This document shows positions 1 to 14,702 of a DNA stretch of 64,000 bases, one piece after another. The notes beneath the pieces are model-generated. The model was not told the origin of the DNA. It saw only the letters and a list, made by a program, of their open reading frames with translations, and made no database searches. The DNA lies in assembly GCF_009914755.1 (NCBI RefSeq), contig NC_060946.1; one strand, 5' to 3'. How positions within the stretch are numbered: the stretch's first letter is position 1; every line of letters starts with the position of its first letter. The translations under genes were made by a program, and so were the position numbers. This DNA comes from the human T2T-CHM13v2.0 reference genome, Homo sapiens.

Positions 1-3000
1 ACCCAGGCTGGAGTGCAGTGGCACAATCTCAGCTCACATTTCATTTCACCATTCCTTTCTATTCCATTCCATTCCACTACATTCCATTCCACTCCATTCC
101 ACTCCACTCCATTCCATTCCACTCCATTCTATTCCATTCCATTCTTTTGACATGATCCCACTCTGTCCTTCATGCTGGAGTGCAGTGGGACAATCTCAGC
201 TCACATTTCATTTCACCATTCCATTCCATTCCATTCCATTCCACTCCACTCCATTCCACGGCACTCCACTCCACTCCTTTCCACTACATTCCATTTCATC
301 CCATTCTATTTAATTCCATTCTACTCCACTCCACTCTACTCCACTCTACTCTACTCCACTCCATTACATTACATCCCATTCCATTCCACTGGACTCCACT
401 CCACTCCACCCCACTCCACTCCACTCCATTCCATTCCATTCCTTTCGACTCCACTCAACTCCACTCCATTCCATTCTATTCCATTCCATTCCTTTCCACT
501 GCATTCCATTCCACTCCCCTCCACTTCATTTCACTCCACTCCATTCCATTCCATTCCACTCCATTGCATTCCATTCCTTACATTCAACATCTCACCCTGT
601 CACCCAATCTGGAGTGCAGCGGCACAATCTCCGCTCACATTTCATTACACCATTCCATTCAACCCCACTCCACTGCACTTCACACCACTCCATTCCATTC
701 AATTCCATAACACTCCATTCCACTCCAGTCCCCCTCATTCCACTCCACTCCATTCCATTCCATCTTTTCCATTCCACTCCATTTCACCCCTCTCCACTAC
801 AGTCCATTCAACTGCACTCCATTCCATTCCGCTGTGTCCCATTCTATTCCACTCCATTCCACTCCACTCCACTCCACTCGATTCCATTCCAGTCCATTCC
901 ATTCCTTTCCTTTCTTTGGACAGGTTCTCACTCTGTCACCCAGGCTGGAGTGCATTGGCACAAATTCAGCTCACATTTCATTTCACCATTCCATTCCATT
1001 CCATTCCATTCCATTGCATTCCATTCCATTCCATTCCGTTCCATTCCATTCCACTCCATTCCACTCCACTCCACTCCATTACATTGCATCCCATTCCATT
1101 CCACTCCATTCCACTTCACTCCACTCTACCCTAATCCACTCCATTCCATTCCATCCCATTCCAATCCACTCCCTTTTACTCCACTCCAATACACTCCACT
1201 CCAGTCCATGCCACTACAATCCATTCCATTGCATTCCTTTCTTTTGACATAATCTCGCTCTGTCACCCAGGCTGGAGCAAAGTGGCACAAACTCAGCTCA
1301 CATTTCATTTCACCATTCCATTCCATTCCATTCCATCCCATCCCATTCCACTCCATTCCACTACACTACACTCCATTCTTCTCCATTCCATTACATTCCA
1401 CTCCATCCCATTCCATTCCACTCCATTCCACTCCACTCCACTCAATTCCACTCCACTCCATTCCATTCCATCCCATTCAATTCCACTCCATTCCACTCCA
1501 CTACAGTCCAATACACTCCTCTCCACTCCATTACTTTCCACTCCACCCCATTCCACTCCACTCCATTCCACTCGTCTACACTCCACTCTATTCCACTCCT
1601 CTCCTATCCACTCCACTCCACTCCACTCCATTACATTACATTCCTTTCCTTTCCATTCCATTCCACTCCACTCCATTCAGTTCCATTCCTTTCTTTCGAC
1701 AGGATCTCACTCTGTCACCCACTCTAGAGTTCGGTGGCACAAATTCAGCTCACGTTTCATTTCACCATTCCATACCATTGTATTCCATTCCATTCCATGC
1801 CATTCCATTCCATTCTACTCCACTCCACTCCACTGCACTCTATTCCATTACACTCCTCTCAATTCAACTCTATTCCACTCCACTCCACTCAACTCTACTC
1901 CACTCCACTCCTCTCCACTCCATTCCATTCCATTCCATTCCACTCCTTTCCATTCTATTCCTTTCTTTCAACAGGATTTCACTCTGTCACCCATGCTGGA
2001 GTGCAGTGGCACAATCTCAGCTCACATTTCATTTCACTATGTCATTCCATTCCATGCCATTCCATTCGATTCCATTCCATGCCACTACTTTCCATTCCAC
2101 TCCACTCCACTCCTTTCCATTCCACTCCACTCTACTCTTCTCCTCTGTACCCGACTCCACTCCATTCCATTTCATTCCATCCTATTCCATTCCAATCCAC
2201 TCCACTCCACTTCATTCCTTTTGATTCCTTCCCATTCCATTCCACTCCACTCCACTGCATTCCATTCCATTCCATTCCATTCCACTCCACTCCACTGCAC
2301 TCCACTCCTCTGCACTCCATTCCATTCCATGCCATTCCACTCCATTCCACTCCACTCGACTGCTTTCCACTCTACTCCACTCCATTACATTCCATAACTT
2401 TCCATTCCACTCCATTCCACCCCACTCCACTCCAAACCACTCCACTGCACTCCATTCCATTCTACTCTATCCGATTTCATTCCACTCCATTCCATTCCAC
2501 TCCATTCCACTCCACTCCACTCCATTCCTTTCCATTCCATTCCACTCCACTCCATTCCATTCCTTTTATTTGACAGGATCTCACTCTGTCACCCAGTATG
2601 GAGTGCAGTGGCACAATCTCAGCTCACATTTCGTTTCACCATTCCATTGCATTCCACTCCACTCCACTAAACTCCACTCTTCTCCACTCCATTCCATTCC
2701 ATGCCATTCCACTGCATTCTACTCCACTTGACTCCTTTCCACTCTACACCACTCCATTCCATTCCATCCCTTTCCATTCCACTCCTTTGCACCCCAATGC
2801 ACTCCACTCCAATGCACTGTATTGCATTCTACTCTATCCCATTTCATTCCACTCCATTCCACTCCACTCCACTCCACTCCATTCCATTCCTTTCCATTCC
2901 ACTCCATTCCACTTTACTCCACTCCACTACATTCCATTCAACTCCATCCGATTCCATTCGACTCCATTACACTCCACTCCACTCCATTCCATTCCATTCC

Positions 3001-5538
3001 ACTCCATTCCATTCCATTCCTTTCTTTCGACAGGATCTCGCTCTGTCACACAATCTGGAGTGCAGTGGCACAATATCAGCTCACATTTCATTTCACCATT
3101 GCATTCAATTTCATTCCATTCTGTTCCATTCCACTCCACTGCACTCCATTCCATTCCACTGCACTACACTACACTGCTCTCCACTCCATCCTATTCCGTT
3201 CCACTCCACTCCACTCCACTCCACTCCTCTCCATTCCATTCCATTCAATTCCATTCCATTCTATTCCACTCCTTTCCACTCTACTCCACTCCATTGCACT
3301 CCACTCCACTCCACTCCATTCCATTCCATTACATTTCATTCCAATCCATTCCATTCCATTCTTTTCTTTTGACAGGGTCTCACTCTGTCACCCAGGCTTT
3401 AGTGCAGTGGCACAATCGCAGCCCACTTTTCATTTCACCATTCCATTGCATTCCATTCCATTCCATTCTATTCCATTCCATTCTACTCAACTCCACTCCA
3501 ATCTACTCCATCCCACTCCACTCCACTAAACTACATTCCATTCCATCACATCCTATTCCATTCCACTCCATTCCACTCCACTCCCCTCCATTCCATTCCA
3601 TTCCATGCCATTCCATGCCATTCCTTTCTTTAGACAGGATCTCACTCTGTCATACAGGATGGAGTGCAGTGGCACAATCTCAGCTCGCATTTCATTTCAC
3701 CATTCTATTCCATTCCGTTCCATTCCACTCCTCTCCACTCTACTCCACTCCACTCTACTCCAGTCCATTCCATTTCTTTCCATTCCTTTCCATTCCACTC
3801 CATTCCACTCCACTCAACTCCACTCAACTCCACTCCACTCCACTGCATTCCATTCCATCCCATTCCATTCCACTACATTCCACCCCTATCCACTCCACTC
3901 CAATCCACTCCATTCCATTCCACTCCATCCCATTCCATTCCACTCCATTCCACTCCACTGCCCTCCATTCCATTCCATTCCTCTCCATTGCATTTCATTC
4001 CTTTCTGATGTTAGGATCTCTGTCAGCAAGGTTAGAGTGTAGTGTCATAATCTCAGCTAACGTTTCATTTCATGATTCCATTCCATTCCATTCCATCCCA
4101 TCCCATCCCATTCTACTCCATTCCACTCCACTCCTCTCCACTCCATTACATTCCACTCCATGCCATTCCATTCCATTCCATTCCACTCCACTCCACTTCA
4201 CTCCATTCCACTCCACTCCATTCCATCCCATTCAATTCCACTCCATTCCACTCCACTCCACTCCACTCCTCTACACTCCATTACATTCCACTCGACCCCA
4301 TTCCATTCCACTCCACTCCACTTGACTCCACTCCACTACAATTCGCTCCACTCAACTCCACTCCTTTCCATTCCATTCCATTCCATTCCACTCCATTCCA
4401 TTCCATTCATTTCTTTCGACAGGATCTCACTCTGTCACCCAGGCTGGAGTCTGGTGGCACAAACTCAGCTCACATTTCATTTCACCTGTCCATTCCATGG
4501 CATTACATTGCATTCCATTCCACTTCATTCCATTGAATTCTATTGCATTCCATTTCATTTCATTCCATTGCATTCCACTCCATTCCATTCCATTCCACTC
4601 CATTCCATTCCACTCCAATCCACTCCACTCTACTCCACAGCACTCCATTCCATTTCATTCCATTCAACTCCACTCCACTCCATTCCATTCCATCCCTTTC
4701 CATTCCACTCCATTTCACTATACTCAACTCCACTCCACTCCATTCCATTCCATTCCATTCCATTCCATTCCACTATACTCCACTCCACTCCACTCCACTC
4801 CATTCCATTCCATTCCATTTCACTCCTTTCCCTTCCATTCCTTTCTTTCGAAAGGATCTCACTCTGTCACCCAGACTGGAGTGCAGTGGCACAATCTCAT
4901 CTCACATTTCATTTCACTGTTCCATTCCTTTGCCTTCCATTCCATTGCATTACATTGTATTCCATTCTATTCCATTCCACACCATTCAACTCCACTCCAT
5001 TCCACTCCAGTCCACTCCATTCCATTACATCCCATTACAATCCACTCCATTCTACTCAACTCCAATACACTCCACTCCAGTCCACGCCACTCGACTCCAT
5101 TCCATTCCATTCCTTTCTTTCAACAGGAACACACTCTGTCACCCTGGCTGGATTGCAGTGTTGCAATCTCAACTCACATTTCATTTCACCATTCCGTTCC
5201 ATTCCATTCCACTCCACTCCACTCCACTCCACTCCACACTAGTCCATTCCATCCCATTCCTTTCCACTGTACTCCACTCCACTACAATCCATGCCATTCT
5301 ATTCCATCCCATTTCATTCCACTCCATTCCACTCGACTCCACTCCACTCCAAACCACTCCATTCCACTCCATCCCATTCCACTCCATTGCACTGCTCTCC
5401 ACTAGACTCCACTTCATTCCATTTCATTCCATCCCTTTCGATTCCTCTCCATTCCACTGCACTCCACTCTACTCCACTCCACTCCATTCCATTCCATTCC
5501 ATTCCATTCCACTGCATTCCTTTCCATTGCTTTCTTTC

Positions 5539-5594
5539 GACAGGATCTCACTCTGTCACCCAGGCTGGAGTGCAGTGGCACAATCTCAGCTCAC
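5539..5594 (-). mobile_element. Representative 56-bp Alu right-arm 3'-end fragment (AluJ-like), repeated ~50 times in 1-18300 in one orientation
   Basis: Reverse complement GTGAGCTGAGATTGTGCCACTGCACTCCAGCCTGGGTGACAGAGTGAGATCCTGTC matches the Alu 3' end with CpGs decayed. The GA(C/T)CCTGTC ending (GACAGGGTCTC at 3371) is AluJ-type, not the AluS/Y GACTCCGTCTC. The preceding TTTCTTTC/TTTCTTTT may be a poly-A relic. Confidence 0.88.
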
Positions 5595-8500
5595 ATTTGA
5601 TTTCACCAATCCATTCCATTCCATTTCATTGCATTCCATTCCACACCATTCCACTCCACTCCACTCCACTCCACTCCATTCCATTCCATTCCATTACATC
5701 CCATTCCAATCCACTCCATTGCACTCAACTCCAATACACTCCACTCCAGTCCACGCCACTCGACTCCATTCCATTCCACTCCTTTCTTTTGACAGGAACA
5801 CACTCTGTCACCCTGGCTGGATTGCAGTGGCACAATCTCAACTCACGTTTCATTTCACCATTCTGTTCCATTGCATTCCATTCCATTCCATTCCATTCCA
5901 TCCCATTCCATCCTATTCCATTCCATTCCATTCCATTCCATTCCATTGCATTCCACTCCACTCCACTCCACACCAGTCCATTCCATATCCTTCCATTCCA
6001 CTGTACTCCACTCCACTACAATCCATGCCACTCCATTCCTTCCCATTTCATTCCAGTCCATTCCACTCGACTCCACTCCACTCCTCTCCAAACCACTCCA
6101 TTCCACTCCATCCCATTCCATTCCTCTCCATTCCACAGCTCTCTACTCCACTCCACTTCATTCCGTTTCATTCCATCCCTTTCGATTCCTCTCCATTCCA
6201 CTCCACTCCACTCCACTCCAATCCTTTCCATTCCATTCCACTGCATTCCTTTCCATTCCTTTCCTTCGATAGGATCTCACTCTGTCACCCAGGCTGGAGT
6301 GCAGTGGCACAATCTCAGCTCACATTTGATTTCACCAATCCATTCCATTCCATTTCATTCCATTCCAATCCACTCCACTCCACTCCATTCCATTCCATTG
6401 CATTCCATTCCAATCCACTCCACTCCACTCCACTCCATTCCACTCCACTCCAATCCATTCCACTCCACTCCATTCAATTCCATCCCATTCCATTTCACTC
6501 CTTTCTGCTCCACTCGACTCCGCTCCACTCCACCCCACTCCATTGCATTCCATTCCACTCCATTCCATTCCATTCCTTTCTTTTGACAGGATCTCACTCT
6601 GTCACCCCAGGTGGAGTGCAATGGCACAATCTCAGCTCACATTTCATTTCACCAGTCCATTACATTGCATTCCATTCCATTCCATTCCTTTGTGTTCCAT
6701 TCTATTCCGTTGCATTCCCTTCCATTCCATTGCATCCCAACCCATTCCATTCCACTCCATTCCACTCCATCCCATTCCATTCCTCTCCATTCCACAGCTC
6801 TCCACTCCACTCCACTTCATTCCGTTTCATTCCATCCCTTTCGATTCCTCTCCATTCCACTCCACTCCACTCCACTCCAATCCTTTCCATTCCATTCCAC
6901 TGCATTCCTTTCCATTCCTTTCCTTCGACAGGATCTCACTCTGTCACCCAGGCTGGAGTGCAGTGGCACAATCTCAGCTCACATTTGATTTCACCAATCC
7001 ATTCCATTCCAATCCACTCCACTCCACTGCACTCCATTCCACTCCACTCCAATCCATTCCACTCCAGTCCACTCCACTCCACTCCATTCAATTCCATCCC
7101 ATTCCATTTCACTCCTTTCTGCTCCACTCGACTCCACTCCACTCCACCCCACTCCATTGCATTCCATTCCACTCCATTCCATTCCATTCCTTTCTTTTGA
7201 CAGGATCTCACTCTGTCACCCCAGGTGGAGTGCAGTGGCACAATCTCAGCTCACATTTCATTTCACCAGTCCATTACATTGCATTCCATTCCATTCCATT
7301 CCTTTGTGTTCCATTCTATTCCGTTGCATTCCCTTCCATTCCATTGCATCCCAACCCATTCCATTCCACTCCATTCCACTCCACTGCACTCCACTCCACT
7401 CCATCCCATTCCATCCCATTCCTTTCCTCTTCACTCCACTCTACTGCCCTCTACTCCCCTCCACTCCACTCCTCTGCATTCCATTCCATTCCACTCCATT
7501 CCACACGACTCCACTCCACTCCATTCCATTCCACTCCATCCGATTCCATTCCACTCCATTACACTCCACTCCACTACACTCCATTCCATCCCATTCCATT
7601 CCACTCCATTCCATTCCATTCCATTCCATTCCATTCCATTCCATTCCATTCCATTCTATTGCTTTCTTTTGACAGAATCTCACTCTGTCACACAGCCTGG
7701 AGTGCAGTGGCACAATTTCAGCTCACATTTCATTTCACCATTGCATTCAATTTCATTCCATTCCGTTCCATTCCACTACACTCCACTCGACACCACTCCA
7801 TTCCTTTCCACTCTACTCCACTCCACTGCTCTCCACTCCATTGTATTTCGTTCCACTCCACTCCACTTCATTCCATTCCAATCCATTCCACTCCCTTCCA
7901 CTCTACTCCACTCCATTCCACTGCATTTCACTCCACTCAACTCCATTCTATTCCATTCCATTTCTTTCCAATCCATTCCATTCCATTCTTTTCTTTCGAC
8001 AGGATCTCACTCTGTCACCCAAGCTTTAGTGCAGTGGCACAATCTCAGCCTACGTTTGATTTCACCATTCCATACTATTGCATTCCATTCCATTCTAGTT
8101 GACTCCACTCCACTAAACATTCCATTCCATAACATCCCATTCCATTCCACTCCATTACAGTCCACTCCACTCCACTAAACTCCCCTCCATTCCATTCCAT
8201 TCCATTCCTTTCCATTCCTTTCCGTTCCATTTCACTCCATTCCATTCCATTCCACTCCATTCCATTCCATTCCATTCCGTTCCGTTCTGCTCCATTCTAT
8301 TCCATTCCATTCCACTCCATTCCATTCCATTCCATTCCATTCCATTCCATTGCATTCCATTGCATTCCCCTGCATTCCATTCCATTCCTTTCTTTCGACA
8401 GGATCTCACTGTGTCACCCAGGATGGAGTGCAGTGGCCCAATCTCAGCTGACATCTCATTTCACTATTCTATTCCATTCCATTCCATTCCATTCCATTCC

Positions 8501-11500
8501 ATTCCATTCCATTCCACTCCTCTCCATTCCAGTCCTCTCAAATCTATTCCACTCCACTCTTCTCCATTCCATTCCATTTCTTTCCATTCCTTTCCATTCC
8601 ACTCCATTCCATTCCACTCAGCTTGACTTCACTCCACTCCACTGCATTCCATTCCATCCCATTCCATTCCACTCCATTCCACTCCAATCCACTCCATTCC
8701 ATTCCACTCCATCTGGTTCCATTCCACTCCATTCCACTCCACTCCCCTCCATTCCATTGCATTCCATTCCACTCCATTCCATTCCATTCCTTTCTGTCAA
8801 CAGGATCTCTGTCACCAAGGTTGGAGTGCAGTGTCATAATCTAAGCTAAGGTTTCATTGCACGATTTCATTCCATTCTATTCAATCCCATCCCATTCCAC
8901 TCCATTCACTCCACTCCACTCTTTTCCATTCCATTACATTCCACTCCATCCCATTCCATTGCACTCCATTTCACTCTACTGCTCTCCACTCTATTCCGCT
9001 CCACTCCATTCCTTTCCATCCTATTCAATTCCTCTCCATTCCACTCCACTCCACTCCTCTCCACTCCATTACCTTCCGTTTGACCCCATTCTTTCCACTC
9101 CATTCCACTCGACTCCACTCCACTGCACTCCACTCCCCTCCACTCCAGTACACTCCACTCCACTCCACTCCATTCCATTACATTCCAATACACTCCATTC
9201 AATTCCATTCCTGTCACCGAGGCTGGAGTCCGGTGGCCCAAACTCAACTAACATTTCATTTCATCCTTCCATTCCATTGCATTCCATTGCATTCCATTCC
9301 ATTTCATTCCATTGCATTCCATTCCATTCCATGCCATTCCATTCCATTCCATAACACTCCATTCCACTCCACTCCACTCCACTCCACAGCACTCCATTCC
9401 ATTACATTCCATCCCACTCCAATCCACTCCACTCCACTCCATTCCATTCCATCCCTTTCCATTCCACTATACTCCAGTCCACTCCATTCCATTCCATTCA
9501 ACTCCATTCCACTATGCTCCACTCCACTCCATTCCATTTCATTCCACTCCTTTCCATTCTATTCCTTTCTTTTGACAGGATTTCACTCTGTCACCCAGGC
9601 TAGAGTGTAGTGGCACAATCTCAGCTCACATTTCATTTCATTTCGCCATTCCATTCCGTTGCAATCCATGCCATTCAATTCCATTCCACTCCACTCCACT
9701 CCACTCCAGTCCATTCCATCCCATGCCATTCCACTCTTCTCCACTCCACTACACTCCATGTCATTCCATTCAATCCTACTTCATTCCACTCCATTCCATT
9801 CCACTCGACTCCACTCCTCTCCACACCACTCCACACTACTCCATTCCACTCCATCCCATTCCGTTCTACCCCGTTCCAATGCACTCCACTCCTCTCCACT
9901 CCATTCCATTTCATTCCATCCCTGTTGATTCCTCTCCATTCCACTCCACTCCACTCCACTTCTCTCCACTCCATTCCATTCCATTCCATTCCACTGCATT
10001 CCTTTCCATTCCTTTCTTTCGACAGGATCTCACTCTGTCACCCAGGTTGGAGTGCAGTGGCACAATCTCAGATCACATTTGATTTCACCAATCCATTACA
10101 TTCTATTTCATTCCATTCCAATCCACTCCAATCCACTCCACTCCGTTCCACTCCACTCCACTCCACTCCAATCCATTCCACTCCAGTCCTCTTCACTCCA
10201 CTCCATTCGATTCCATCCCATTCCATTCCACTCCTTTCCACTCCAATCCACTCCACTCCACTCCATTCCACTCCATTCAACTCCATTCCATTCCATTCCA
10301 CTCCTTTCCACTCCAATCCACTCCACTCCACTCCATTCCACTCCATTCAACTCCATTCCATTCCATTCTTTTCCTTCGGCAGGATCTCACTCTGTCACCC
10401 AGGGTGCAGTGCAGTGGCATCATCTCATCTCACATTTCATTTCACCGTTGCATTTCATTGCATTCCATTCCATTCCTTTGCATTCCATTCCATTCCATTG
10501 CATTCATTCCATTGCATCCCAACCCATTCCATTCCACTCCATTCCACTCCACTCCATCCCATTCCATCCCATTCCATTCCTCTCCACTCCACTCCACTCC
10601 ATCCCATTCCATCCCATTCCATTCCTCTCCACTCCACTCCCCTCCACTACACTCCTCTGCATTCCATTCCATTCAATTCCATTCTATTCCACTCCATTCC
10701 ACTCCACTCCACTCCACTCCATTCCACTCTATCCTGTTCCATTCCACTCCATTAACTCCACTCCACTCCACTCCATTCCATTCCATTCCATTCCATTCCT
10801 TTCCATTCCTTTCTTTCGACAGGATCTCACTCTGTCACACAGGCTGGAGTGCAGTGGCACAATGTCAGCTCACATTTCATTTCACTATTGCATTCAATTT
10901 CATTCCATTCCATCCGTTCCACTCCAGTCCACTCCACTCCATTCCATTCCACTCCACTCCACTACACTGCTCTCCACTCCATCCTATTCCATTCCACTCC
11001 ACTCCACTCCACTTCACTCCGTTCCATTCCATTACACTCCATTCCATTCCATTCCTTTCCTTTGACAGGATCTCACTCTGTCACCCAGGCTTTAGTGCAG
11101 TGGCACAATCTCAGCCCATGTTTCATTTCACCATTCCATTCCATTCCATTCTACTCGACTCTACTCCACTCCACTCTACTCCATTCCACTCCATTCCACT
11201 AACCTGCATTCCATTCCATTACATCCCATTCCCTTCCACTCCACTCCACTCCACTCCACTCCCCTCCATCCAATTCCATTCCATTCCATTCCATTCCATT
11301 CCATTCCACTCCTTTCCCCTCCATTCCATTCCATTACTTTCTTTTGACAGGATCTCACTCTGTCACCCAGGATGGAGTGTAGTGGCACAATCTCAACTCA
11401 CATTTCGTTTCACCATTCTATTCCATTCCATTCCACTCCTCTCCACTCTACTCCACTCCACTCAATTCCAGTCCATTCCATTCCATTCCACTCCACTCAA

Positions 11501-14500
11501 CTCCACTCCCCTCCACTCCACTGCATTCCATTCCATCCAATTCCATTCCACCCCATTCCACTCCAATCCACTCCATTCCAATCCACTCCATTCCAATCCA
11601 CTCCATTTTATTCCACTCCACTCCACACCACTGCATTCCATTCCATTCAATTCCACTCCATTCTATTCTTTTCTGTCGACACGATCTCTGTCACCAAGGT
11701 TGGAGTACAGTGTCATAATCTCAGCTAACGTTTCATTTCACGATTCCATTTCATTCCATTCCATCCTATCCCATTCCACTCCTTTCCATTCCATTCCTCT
11801 CCACTCCACTACATTCCACTCCATCCCATTCCATTCCATTCCACTCCATTCCACTCCACTCCACTGCGTTCCATTCCATCTCATTCAATTCCCCTCCATT
11901 GCACTCCACTACACTCCACTCCACTCCTCTCCACTCTTTTACATTCCACTCGACCCCATTCCTTTCCACTCCATTCCACTCGACTCCACTCCACTCCAGT
12001 CCACTCCACCGCACCCCACTCCACTTCATTCCAGTCCACTCCACTCCACTCCATTACATTACATTCCACTCCACTCCATTCAATTCCATTCTTTTGTTTT
12101 GACAGGATCTCACTCTGTCACCCAGGCTGGAGTCCAGTGGCAGAAACTCAGCTTACATTTCATTTCACCATTCCATTCCATTGCATTCCATTTCATTCCA
12201 TTCCATTTCATTCCATTGCTTTCCATTCCATTTCATTCCATTGCATTCCATTCCATTCCATTCCATTCCATTCCATTCCATTCCATTCTATTCCATTCCA
12301 TTCAATTCCATTCCATTCCATTCCATTCCATTCCATTCCTCTCCGATCCACTCCACTCCACTCCACAGCACTACATTCCATTCCATTCCTCTCCACTCCA
12401 CTCCATTCCATTCCATCCCTTTCCTTTCCACTCCATTCCACTATATTCCACTCCACTCCACTCCATTCCATTCCATTCCACTCCATTCCACTATACTCCT
12501 CTCCACTCCACTCCATTCCATTCCAGTCCACTCCATTCCTTTCCTTTCTTTTGACAGGATCTCTATCTGTCACCCAGGCTGGAATGCATTGGCACAAACT
12601 CAGCTCACATTTCATTTCACCATTCCATTCCATTGCTTTCAATTACATTGCATTCCTCTCCATTGCATTCCGTTCCATTCCATTGCATTCCATTCCATTC
12701 CATTCCATTCCACTCCACTCCACTCCACTGCACTCCAATCCACTCCTCTCCATTACATTACATCCCATTCCTTTCCACTCCATTCAACTCCACTCCACTC
12801 CACTCCAATCCACTCCATTCTATTCCTTTTCATCCCATTCCATTCCACTCCATTCCACTCCACTCCACTCCAATCCACTCCATTCCTTTCCTTTTCATCC
12901 CATTCCATTCCACTCCATTCCACTCCACTCCAATACACTCCACTCCAGTCCATACCACTGGACTCCATTCCATTCCATTCCTTTCTTTCAACAGGATCTG
13001 ACTCTGTCACCCAGGCTGGAGCAAAGTGGCACAATCTCAGCTCACATTTCATTTCCCCATTCCATTCCATTCCATTCCATTCCACTCCACTCCATTCCAC
13101 TGCATTGCACTCCACTCCTCTCCACTCCACTCCATTCCGTTCCACTCCACTCCCCTCCATTCCATTCCATCCCATTCCGTACCACTCCAATCCATTCCAC
13201 TCCACTCCACTCCATTCTATTCCATTCCTTTCCACTCCATTCCATTCCATTCCTGTCTTTTGGCAGGATTTCACTCTCTCACACAGGTTAGAATGCAGTG
13301 GCACAATCTCAGCTCACATTTCCTTTGACCATTCCATTGCATTCCATTCAATTCCATTCCATTCCCTTCCATTCCATTCCATTCGACTCCACTCCATTCC
13401 ACTCCATTGCACTCCACTCCACTCCACTCAACTCCATTCCATTATACTCCACTCCACTTCACCACACTCCATTCCATTCCATCCCATTCCATACCACTCC
13501 GTTCCACTCCACTCCACTCCTCTCCACTCCACTGCTTTCTATTCCATTCCTTTCCACTACATTCCATTCCATTCCTATCTTTTTACACGATTTCACTCTC
13601 TCACCCAGGCTGGAGTGCAGTGGCAAAATCTCAGCTCACATTTCATTTCACCATTCCATTGCATTCCATTCTATTCCATTCCATTCCACTCCACTCCAAT
13701 CCATTCCATTCCATTCCATTCGACTCCACTCCATTCCACTCCATTGCACTCCACTCCACTCAACTCCATTCCATTATACTCCACTCCACTCCACTCCATT
13801 CCCTTCCATCCCATTCTATACCACTCCGTTCCACTCCACTCCACTCCACTCCTCTCCACTCCACTGCTTTCTATTCCATTCCTTTCCACTACATTCCATT
13901 CCATTCCTATCTTTTGACATGATTTCACTCTCTCACCCAGGCTGGAGTGCATTGGCACAATCTCAGCTCACATTTCATTTCACCATTCCATTCCATTCCA
14001 TTCCACTCCACTCCACTCCAATCCATTCCATTCCATTCCACTCCACTCCACTCCAATCCATTCCATTCCATTCCACTCCACTCCACTCCAATCCATTCCA
14101 TTCCATTCCACTGCACTCCACTCCACTCCATTCCATTCCACACCACTCCACTTCACTCCACTCCATTCCATTCTACTCCAATCTATTCCATTCCTTTCTT
14201 TAGGCGGGTTCTCACTCTGTCTCCCATGCTGGAGTGCAGTGGAACAATCTCAGCTCATATTTCATTTCAACATTCCATTCAATTTCATTCCATGCCATTG
14301 TATTCCACTCCACTCCACTCCAGTACACTGATTCCATTCCATTCCACTCCATTCCACTCAACTCCATTCTACTCCACTCAATTCCACTCTTCTCCAATCC
14401 ATTCCATTTCATTTCATTCCATTATATTCCATTCCACTCCACTCCAGTTGACTGATTCCATTCCACGCCATTCCACTCAACTCCACTCTACTCCGCTCAA

Positions 14501-14647
14501 TTCCACTCTTCTCCATTCCATTCCATTTCATTTCATTCCATTCCATTATATTCCATTCCACTCCACTCCAGTCCACTGATTCCATTCCACTCCTTTCCAC
14601 TCCATTCCACTCAACTCCACTCTACTCCACTCAATTCTACTCCTCTC

Positions 14648-14702
14648 CATTACATTACATTACATTACATTACATTACATTACATTACATTACATTACAT
14701 TA
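14648..14702 (+). repeat. Perfect (CATTA)11 microsatellite inside HSat3
   Basis: Eleven consecutive CATTA units read directly. Confidence 0.95.
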
